Assembly: GCA_964577555.1 (NCBI GenBank)
Contig: CAZNZM010000007.1
Span: 25,586 to 57,585 of the forward strand
Origin: an uncultured archaeon
GTDB lineage: Archaea; Iainarchaeota; Iainarchaeia; Iainarchaeales; Iainarchaeaceae
DNA length: 32,000 nucleotides
Direction of reading: 5' to 3'
Both the position numbers and the translations under genes were made by a program. Below, in pieces: positions 17,257 through 23,883 of the stretch; position 1 is the first letter of the stretch, and the number at the start of each line of letters is the position of its first letter. The notes beneath the pieces are model-generated. The model saw nothing but the letters and a program-made list of their open reading frames with translations. It was not told the origin of the DNA and ran no database searches.

Positions 17257-19433
17257 TTTGATAAATCAGTTAGGTTGTATTCATATTTTTCTTGATCATT
17301 GTAACGCCAAGTACCATTAATGCATATTGCTATTCCGCCCCAGAGTTTTCTGCCTTTTTTGTTTTGGTTTTTAATATATTTTTGCAACCCCTCTGCTCTA
17401 GGGCCAGCGTCGGATGTTTCTGCAGTTCTTCCCGATTTTGTATCAAGCAGACCAATTGTCCCGTCTTTTAATTGTATTATAAAATCAACATAAAAAGCTC
17501 TCTCATATTCATTCTCATCTTTGTATGGGACAGCAAAGTATTTGATTTCCGTTTCCCCATTTTTGAACCACCAGGCTACTTTAGCAGAGCCGTCTAATTT
17601 ATCAATGAATTGTCGTTCTGGCTCGCTTGGCTTTTTTGTGTAAAACGGCTTCATTATTGATTTTACATGCTCTTCCTTTTTGTAGTGGCTGTTATAACTT
17701 ATTATTACAGGCACTTCCCAATCCGGCACTGTTTTCTTTTCTCTTATTCCGTTTAGCCTTTCTGTAATGTGTTTTTGGTATTTTTCTTTTGCCAAGTTAA
17801 TTACATCAACAAAGGCCTGCACATTTTCTTTTCCCAGCACAAGTTTTTGAGCTCGAGGATGGTAACGGTCCAGTTTGAATTTTTGGCTTAAAAATTGATA
17901 AAGCGCTGTTTTCATTCTATCGCTTGAATCAGCAGGCGCATAGGGAATACAATTTTGTGAGATAAACTTATCCCAGACCTGCCTTAGTTCTGCTTCATTT
18001 AGCTGAATATCGATTTGGCCCTTGCGTTCTATTTCCCCCAATTTATCAACATCAACGATTTTGCCATCGGCAATAATTGGGCTAACTATTTTTGAAGGAT
18101 TATACGTTATCTTTTTTTCGAGTTTTGTTTCTTCTGCGACTTTCATAAAGATTTTTACAAAATCTCCAGAAAGTCTCGTTCTTTCCCTCTGCCTTTTTAA
18201 ATAAACAGATTCCAAACTAATGTTTTTGTATAGTTTGTTATCCCTTTTTGCTTCATAAACAGTAACATAATCCTTGGCGTAATCTTCAGTAATTTCTATA
18301 TTTGGCAGGTTTGTGAAAACAAAGCCCTTATTTAGCTCTGGCTCATTATAATATTTCAATTCTGGCATTCTCATTATTCTACCAATTGTCTGGATTGTAA
18401 AAGTAAAACTTTTTGATTCTCTAAAAATAAGCAGTATTTGTGCTCTTGGACAATCCCAACCTAATGCAGGGGCTTGTTTGAAAACAAGCACTTCAACTTC
18501 ATTTTCTGGCTTATCAATGTTTATTAAATTGTCAGATTTTTCTTCTGATAACCAAACAGCAAGTTTCCCGTTTCCCTCTACAATCTTGAATTTGTCTTTT
18601 AGTATCTTTAAGACCTCATCTTTTTTATTGATTAAACTGCTTTTTTGATCCGGCAATTGAATCAGAATTAATGGGTTAATGTTCGCTCCTTCCTTTTTAT
18701 AAAGTTTTAACAATTCTTCCCTTTTTTTTAAGGACTGTTCAATTACCAATTCATCAGAACTCTTTGTGCCAACTTTTATATCCAAAAATTCAGGGTTAAC
18801 GGCTATTTCCGATTTTATCATTTCCTCTGCTTTTACGTCACTTAAGTGCACTTTTTCTATTTCTGAAACATTTTCTTTCAAGTGTGGAGTTGCAGAGACT
18901 TCCAAAGTCACTTTTGGACCTATGACTTCAATTAACTCTCTTGATTTTTCAGAGCTTGCAGTATGGTGGCTCTCATCAATGACCAAGACTATTTCTCTTC
19001 CTTCTTCTTTCGTGTTTTGAATGATGCTGTTCAAATTGTTGTCCTGCTCGTTTTCTCGAACATAAATATTTATCTCTTTTTTGTTTATGCTGTGCCAATT
19101 AATGAACAGTATCTCATTTTCTCCAATCATTCGGTCTTCCAGGTCTTCAAAATACGAACATTGAAGCAAGCAGTCATCTTCATAGTATTTTTCCAGTTTT
19201 TCCTTACTTTGTTCGTGCAGCATCCTAACAGAAACCCATACAAAAGAAAATTTTTTGTCATCCTTTCTATTCTTCACTAATTGCTTTAATACCTCTGAAA
19301 CCATTACTGTTTTTCCTGAACCTGTTGGACTTTGAAAAATAACCACTTCGTGCTCTGCTGACCTTAAAGCATTCTCTATTTTTCTATGCAGGTTTTCAAC
19401 AGCTCTTCTCTGGTAGTCCCTTAAGTCTATCAT
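17235..19433 (-). CDS. Type III restriction-like Res subunit (DEAD/DEAH-family helicase + endonuclease motif)
   Basis: 732 aa; FQSPTGSGKTVMVSEV, VLVIDESHHTASS, QTIGRIMRMPE, C-terminal VDFIIQLKDGTIGLLDTKSG. Confidence 0.88.
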   Translation of the reverse strand: MIDLRDYQRRAVENLHRKIENALRSAEHEVVIFQSPTGSGKTVMVSEVLKQLVKNRKDDKKFSFVWVSVRMLHEQSKEKLEKYYEDDCLLQCSYFEDLEDRMIGENEILFINWHSINKKEINIYVRENEQDNNLNSIIQNTKEEGREIVLVIDESHHTASSEKSRELIEVIGPKVTLEVSATPHLKENVSEIEKVHLSDVKAEEMIKSEIAVNPEFLDIKVGTKSSDELVIEQSLKKREELLKLYKKEGANINPLILIQLPDQKSSLINKKDEVLKILKDKFKIVEGNGKLAVWLSEEKSDNLINIDKPENEVEVLVFKQAPALGWDCPRAQILLIFRESKSFTFTIQTIGRIMRMPELKYYNEPELNKGFVFTNLPNIEITEDYAKDYVTVYEAKRDNKLYKNISLESVYLKRQRERTRLSGDFVKIFMKVAEETKLEKKITYNPSKIVSPIIADGKIVDVDKLGEIERKGQIDIQLNEAELRQVWDKFISQNCIPYAPADSSDRMKTALYQFLSQKFKLDRYHPRAQKLVLGKENVQAFVDVINLAKEKYQKHITERLNGIREKKTVPDWEVPVIISYNSHYKKEEHVKSIMKPFYTKKPSEPERQFIDKLDGSAKVAWWFKNGETEIKYFAVPYKDENEYERAFYVDFIIQLKDGTIGLLDTKSGRTAETSDAGPRAEGLQKYIKNQNKKGRKLWGGIAICINGTWRYNDQEKYEYNLTDLSNWKILEI

Positions 19434-21100
19434 TTGAAAATCCTCTTGTAAACATTCAGAATAACTGCCGGAATTGGTCTTAATTCAACTAACTCGGTCA
19501 AATCTTCGAATTCTTCTTCTCTTGCACTTTCATCTAGAGAGAAGACATACACTACAAACTTTTTTTTCATTTTCTTGGCTTCTTTCTTAAAGGGTTCAAT
19601 CCCGTCATCGGAATAAATTATCCCCAAAAATTTCCCTTTAGAATTATTGTAAATTCGGAAATGCTTACCTTTCATTACCTCATCAAAACAATCCTCTTTC
19701 AAACACAACATTTCAGTTGATTTAGCCACGAGTTCTCTCTTGTTCTTATCAGTTGGTTCAGCGTCAACAAAACCAGTCGTAAAATATTTAAGGTTGACCT
19801 TAATTTTAGTTATTTCTGGATAGTCTTTATGCCCTTCAATAACTTTCTTTATTCTTGGATAACACACTTCTTCAGCTATTTTATTTTCATTATTCGTGCA
19901 CAAAATAAATTTTCTATCCGCGCCATCTTCTTTGTTCAAAATCATTACCGCATGGCCTGTTGTTCCTGATCCTGCAAAATAGTCTAAGATAATGGCATTT
20001 TTTCGTTCTGAAACTATTGGAGCCAAACAATCGTACGTGTTATAAACAGACTTTGGAAAATCAAACGATGAATTGGGAACAAGTGCGTGTACCAATTTTG
20101 TACCGTACTCCGCAGCATCATATTTGGGATTTTGCCAGACAGTTCTAACAGAGCCGTATGGCTTACCAATTTCGATTTCAATTCTATCATCAGATTTCTT
20201 AATTCTGAGCAAATCCTTTACAGATTCTACACTTTGTCTAGCATATCTCCATTTTCTTTCGACGCCAGTTATGTCAATGGGCCATACATAATATTTCCCG
20301 CCCCTCTCTTCAGTCTGTTTTCTTGGATGGAGATTATCTAGCGGCACTTCCCCAAAGCCCAAAATTTTATTGCCTTTAATTATTATTGGATAAAAACAAT
20401 TACGCGCATCTGTTCTTAGTGATTCTCCACCCCAGTTTCTCAGATTACTCCAGTATATTTCCTCTTCTCTCAATTTTCGAGTACCAATAACTTTCAATCC
20501 TTTTCTGAAAACAAAATAAGCATATTCATGCGTATAAGAAAAATTACTTCCTTGGATTCCTCTTGGGTTGTGCACAATTGTTATGCAATGTATTTCCCAA
20601 CCAGGAAATATTTCTTCTAGGAGACAGCCCAAATGGTGGAATTCATTGTCGTCAATTGCACAAATGAGCACGCCGTTTTGTTTCAATAAATTTCTTGCAA
20701 GTTTTAAGCGCTTTTCCATCATACTTAGCCATTTGCTGTGTCTCCAATGATCGTTAATGTCAACAAAGTCGTTATTGTATTTCCAGTCTTTTGCACCAGT
20801 GTTAAATGGCGGATCAATGTAAATTACATCAATCATTCCCTTGTGTGTGTAATTTAAAACAGAAAGTGCATGATAATTGTCGCCCTCAATTAGAATATTC
20901 GCTGATTTTGTTTTATCGGTTGCTATTTCCCTTTTTTTGACTTCTTCCAAAACAGGGAGTTTTTCTTTGCATAACTCTGCTACTTCTTCAGGCTTGTCTT
21001 CCCAAACTATTCCATACTTTCTCCTTAGGAGTTTATCTTTTTTTTCAAGTTCTTTAACCAAATCTGGCTTTGCCCAATTGGAATAATCTTTTTTAGCCAT
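19430..21100 (-). CDS. Type III site-specific DNA methyltransferase (Mod)
   Basis: 556 aa; YIDPPFNTG (DPPF), ILDYFAGSGTTGHAVM; 4-nt overlap with the res-like gene. Confidence 0.93.
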   Translation of the reverse strand: MAKKDYSNWAKPDLVKELEKKDKLLRRKYGIVWEDKPEEVAELCKEKLPVLEEVKKREIATDKTKSANILIEGDNYHALSVLNYTHKGMIDVIYIDPPFNTGAKDWKYNNDFVDINDHWRHSKWLSMMEKRLKLARNLLKQNGVLICAIDDNEFHHLGCLLEEIFPGWEIHCITIVHNPRGIQGSNFSYTHEYAYFVFRKGLKVIGTRKLREEEIYWSNLRNWGGESLRTDARNCFYPIIIKGNKILGFGEVPLDNLHPRKQTEERGGKYYVWPIDITGVERKWRYARQSVESVKDLLRIKKSDDRIEIEIGKPYGSVRTVWQNPKYDAAEYGTKLVHALVPNSSFDFPKSVYNTYDCLAPIVSERKNAIILDYFAGSGTTGHAVMILNKEDGADRKFILCTNNENKIAEEVCYPRIKKVIEGHKDYPEITKIKVNLKYFTTGFVDAEPTDKNKRELVAKSTEMLCLKEDCFDEVMKGKHFRIYNNSKGKFLGIIYSDDGIEPFKKEAKKMKKKFVVYVFSLDESAREEEFEDLTELVELRPIPAVILNVYKRIFK

Positions 21101-21103
21101 TGT

Positions 21104-21250
21104 TCAAACCTTCACATCGTTCTTCTTCAGTTCTTGTTCTACAAACAATTCAAACTGGCGAGAAATAATTAGGCCCTTCTTTTTGCAGTGTTCTTTATAT
21201 GCATTATACAGTCTCTCATCAACTTTCAAAGTAATGTTTTTACTGGCCAT
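21104..21250 (-). CDS. 48-aa ribbon-helix-helix-like protein encoded just before mod
   Basis: Own translation: MASKNITLKVDERLYNAYKEHCKKKGLIISRQFELFVEQELKKNDVKV; 3-nt gap before the mod start. Missing from the ORF track. Confidence 0.7.
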   Translation of the reverse strand: MASKNITLKVDERLYNAYKEHCKKKGLIISRQFELFVEQELKKNDVKV

Positions 21251-21314
21251 GTTACAATAGTAAATATTTGCACAACTTTATAAATATGTTTTGACTCTGT
21301 CCAAGGCCTGTTTT

Positions 21315-21487
21315 TCAACCATTTTCAACCTTGCCAAAAAAGCGAGTTTTGGGTTTATTGGCTGTTTTGAATCATTTAATGCACATTTTGGCCGTATGTT
21401 GTAATGGTTGCAGTTTCTGGCTTTTTTTGAGAGTTTACGAGGTAAATTGCACTTTTAGAATCCAGAATTTCTCAACCATTCTCAACC
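21315..21487 (+). repeat. Paired 16-nt direct repeats TCAACCATT(T/C)TCAACC at 21315..21330 and 21472..21487
   Basis: Read directly; each copy contains two TCAACC units. Confidence 0.75.
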
Positions 21488-21527
21488 GTTTAGACATAAC
21501 TGCCTTTTTGTTGCTTTTTTGCTCAAA

Positions 21528-21556
21528 TTGACAAACTGGCAGGGGGTGTTTGTCAA
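21528..21556 (+). repeat. Dyad repeat TTGACAAACTGGCAGGGGGTGTTTGTCAA
   Basis: Perfect 9-bp arms TTGACAAAC/GTTTGTCAA with 11-nt G-rich spacer; near-identical copy at 21659..21687. Confidence 0.85.
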
Positions 21557-21658
21557 GTCAGGTAGTAGTACAGTAGGGTTTTGAAAGTATGTGTGTAACT
21601 GGGTAGGGTAGTTAGTCCTTCATATTTTGTTTAAGTAGCAATGGTTGGGTGGGGCATC

Positions 21659-21687
21659 TTGACAAACAGGGCAGGGGTGTTTGTCAG
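21659..21687 (+). repeat. Dyad repeat TTGACAAACAGGGCAGGGGTGTTTGTCAG
   Basis: 8-bp arms TGACAAAC/GTTTGTCA; same length and arm sequence as 21528..21556. Confidence 0.85.
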
Positions 21688-21697
21688 TTTTTGAGAA

Positions 21698-22228
21698 TCA
21701 GTCTTTGCCAATCCAGGCAAAGCTTTTGTCATTCAAGATTATCTTCTTGCTGGCTACGAGCTCGCCGATTTTCTTGCTTGCAATGTCAGCAGGGCCAATG
21801 AAGCGGACTATTTGCTCCCTTGTTGGATTCCGGTTTTTAATGAACTGCTTTAATTCCTCATCAGGGTCTTTTTCTGTTTCCGCAAGCTTTTGGTCGTCAG
21901 CCCAGGCAACATAAATCTTTTTCCTGTCACCGTATTGTGCAGGCCGCTTGTCAACATGAACATTTGGATATCCTGCAAGAATACTGAATAAGCGTTTTTT
22001 CTGGTTGGTGTCAAGCACGCCCAATTTGACAGCATCATATGAGGTGAATTTTCCTTTTTCAAGAAGTATTTGAAAAGCTTTTTCAGCCAATCGTTCAACT
22101 CTGCCCAAAGGAGTTTGCATCGCAATTATTCGGGTTGCTTCAAAAAAGCGGTTAAATTCGGCCTGCAACGATTGACTCCAATCGCAATAGCCTTTCAAAG
22201 TCAAATGCTTCCAGTTTTCTTCACTCAT
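21698..22228 (-). CDS. Hypothetical protein
   Basis: 176 aa soluble ORF with normal codon/amino-acid composition; abuts upstream small genes. Confidence 0.65.
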   Translation of the reverse strand: MSEENWKHLTLKGYCDWSQSLQAEFNRFFEATRIIAMQTPLGRVERLAEKAFQILLEKGKFTSYDAVKLGVLDTNQKKRLFSILAGYPNVHVDKRPAQYGDRKKIYVAWADDQKLAETEKDPDEELKQFIKNRNPTREQIVRFIGPADIASKKIGELVASKKIILNDKSFAWIGKD

Positions 22229-22263
22229 TCAAACCACGCCTTGCCATACCAAACCACTTGCCT

Positions 22264-22563
22264 TTATTCGCTTGGTTCTGCTTCACTTTCAGTATTGCCA
22301 ACAACCAGGTAAATTGTCCTGTTGGTTTCCATTGCTGGCCCGCCGAGCTCAAGCAAGTTTTCGCCTTGAAAATAACTGCATTCAATGCCATTGCTTGGCT
22401 CCTCATGAAAGAACAACAGCTTGCTGTTGAAGCCCTGTTTTTTAAGGTCCAGCTTGTCACCCCTCTTTCCAGAAACATTGATTACGGCGAACAAGTTTCC
22501 TTTCTTGAGCGCATGAATGGACTTTTCAATTACCTGCACAAACCTCGCCTCTTTGGCATTCAA
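22264..22563 (-). CDS. Hypothetical small protein
   Basis: 99 aa ORF in tandem with 21698..22228 and 22526..22747. Confidence 0.55.
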   Translation of the reverse strand: MNAKEARFVQVIEKSIHALKKGNLFAVINVSGKRGDKLDLKKQGFNSKLLFFHEEPSNGIECSYFQGENLLELGGPAMETNRTIYLVVGNTESEAEPSE

Positions 22564-22747
22564 TCCCGTCGCTGCGGAGTTTTACTTTCTGGATGCACTG
22601 ATTAGGAATATAGAGAATGTTGTCCTCTGTCTTGATTTTCAAAAAATGAGCATCAATGTTCAAAACCAAGCCAAAGCACTGCATCTGCTTTTGTCCTTCG
22701 CTGTAAATCAGCAAAGCCCTTTTCCCAACCAAATCGTGCCTTTCCAT
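22526..22747 (-). CDS. Hypothetical small protein
   Basis: 73 aa; GKRALLIYSEGQKQMQCFGLVLNIDAHFLKIKTEDNILYIPNQCIQKVKL looks like a small beta-barrel. Confidence 0.5.
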   Translation of the reverse strand: MERHDLVGKRALLIYSEGQKQMQCFGLVLNIDAHFLKIKTEDNILYIPNQCIQKVKLRSDGIECQRGEVCAGN

Positions 22748-22765
22748 GCAAAAAACCTTACAAAA

Positions 22766-22818
22766 ACCTCAATCGAGGTAGTATTTATTTGTATTAGCGC
22801 AATTTTTGCGCTAGCGCA
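22766..22818 (+). promoter_or_regulatory. Clustered palindromes upstream of divergent small genes
   Basis: ACCTC-AATC-GAGGT (22766..22779), TAGCGCA/TGCGCTA (22795..22801 / 22807..22813) and perfect TGCGCTAGCGCA (22807..22818). Confidence 0.55.
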
Positions 22819-22942
22819 GGAAAAACGCACAAGAGTTTATATTTGAGATGGCTGGCAAGCATAAAATATAAACTATTTGAAACAATGGCAAATAGTTTGT
22901 ACCATTAGCACCATGCTTTTAAATAGTTCCTATAGTAATAAT

Positions 22943-22959
22943 TCTTTACAATGTAAAGA
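22943..22959 (+). promoter_or_regulatory. 17-nt palindrome TCTTTACAATGTAAAGA, candidate operator overlapping the ribosome-binding site region
   Basis: Perfect 8-bp arms around a central A, immediately upstream of the 22972 ORF (AGAGGTG follows). Confidence 0.7.
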
Positions 22960-22971
22960 GGTGCAAAAAAA

Positions 22972-23112
22972 ATGCCCAGCAGAAGCGGAATAACCACAAT
23001 CCAATTGGAAACAAAAACCCGGGACAGGCTAATGGAAATAGGCAAAAAAGGCGAAACATACGACCAAATCATCAACAAACTCATAGACCAAAGCCAAAAA
23101 CGCAAAAAATAA
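22972..23112 (+). CDS. 46-aa ribbon-helix-helix / VapB-like small protein
   Basis: Own translation: MPSRSGITTIQLETKTRDRLMEIGKKGETYDQIINKLIDQSQKRKK; TIQLxxxTRDRLxxxGxKGETYDxIINxLI pattern. Missing from the ORF track. Confidence 0.82.
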   Translation: MPSRSGITTIQLETKTRDRLMEIGKKGETYDQIINKLIDQSQKRKK

Positions 23113-23171
23113 TTATCACCGGCACAAAAAAGCCACAGCAGGCCAGTTATAACTGCTTTGAAAGCTAGGCA

Positions 23172-23210
23172 GTTAGGCTGAGAATTTGCCAATCTTTTTA
23201 TCAGCCTAAC
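23172..23210 (+). repeat. 10-bp perfect inverted repeat GTTAGGCTGA / TCAGCCTAAC
   Basis: Arms 23172..23181 and 23201..23210. Confidence 0.8.
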
Positions 23211-23290
23211 CCGCCAAAATGCCATGAAAGGCAAGGCAACTGCAATTAACGCCTTGTAGCAAGTCAGGCTGGAACGTTAAGGTTTTTACT

Positions 23291-23321
23291 ATCATTGCCT
23301 GACGATAACATAGGCAATGAT
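23291..23321 (+). repeat. 10-bp perfect inverted repeat ATCATTGCCT / AGGCAATGAT overlapping the right 16-bp direct repeat
   Basis: Arms 23291..23300 and 23312..23321. Confidence 0.8.
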
Positions 23322-23328
23322 GAGGTGA
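23313..23328 (+). repeat. 16-bp direct repeat GGCAATGATGAGGTGA, candidate right attachment core
   Basis: Exact match to 12825..12840. Confidence 0.55.
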
Positions 23329-23403
23329 AAACCAACAATATATCCAAAATGGATTCTTGAATATTTTGGGAAGATGCGAAGACAATTTTTGGCGATTTTT
23401 TTT

Positions 23404-23628
23404 TCATTTTATTTGCTTAAGTGCAAGTCTTATGTCTGCTCCGACAACGGTTTTTCTATTCGCGTGCTTTGCAAATTCTGTTGCTTGCTGGCTTATTTTA
23501 ATTCCTTCTTCTTCAAGGATTTCGGCAAGAGCAACAACTGCATCTTCGCTTACCCTTCCAGCACCGGCTTTGCGAATAATTCTGTCAACTGCAGCCAAAG
23601 GCAAAATTTGATCCCCCATTAAATCCAC
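23404..23628 (-). CDS. Archaeal histone
   Basis: 74 aa; [63 protein letters not shown]. Confidence 0.96.
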   Translation of the reverse strand: MDLMGDQILPLAAVDRIIRKAGAGRVSEDAVVALAEILEEEGIKISQQATEFAKHANRKTVVGADIRLALKQIK

Positions 23629-23883
23629 CTAAACACTAAAACAACCTAAATATTTAAAATCAGGACGCTTTTAAGAAAAAAAGCAATTAATAATATTTTT
23701 TTGGTCAAATTAAACGAAAAATAGTTTTATATGCAATTATTGTAATATAAAAGACTTCATAATTAAAATCATGCGTAAAATAATTGAATTATGCCGTGCA
23801 ATTGTTTTATTTTTTTGTTTTATTTCGCAGTGGCATTTATCTACACGTGCCATTTAAAAATAAGTTTTTTTAAAGTCTAATTT

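Larger units (their letters stand above)
12825..23328. mobile_element. Candidate integrated element of about 10.5 kb (tyrosine recombinase type)
   Basis: Recombinase at one end, 16-bp direct repeat at both ends, accessory content (toxin-like gene, type III RM-like genes, small DNA-binding proteins) between. It lies between convergent host-type genes (thioredoxin + strand, histone - strand). Confidence 0.55.

Noticed and set aside
22258-22605. 115-aa plus-strand ORF
   Set aside because: Antisense to the minus-strand small-gene module; less plausible composition and no operonic context.
12800-23400. CRISPR array or cas genes
   Set aside because: No regularly spaced repeats with unique spacers and no Cas motifs were seen anywhere in the window; the repeats found are isolated dyads or pairs.
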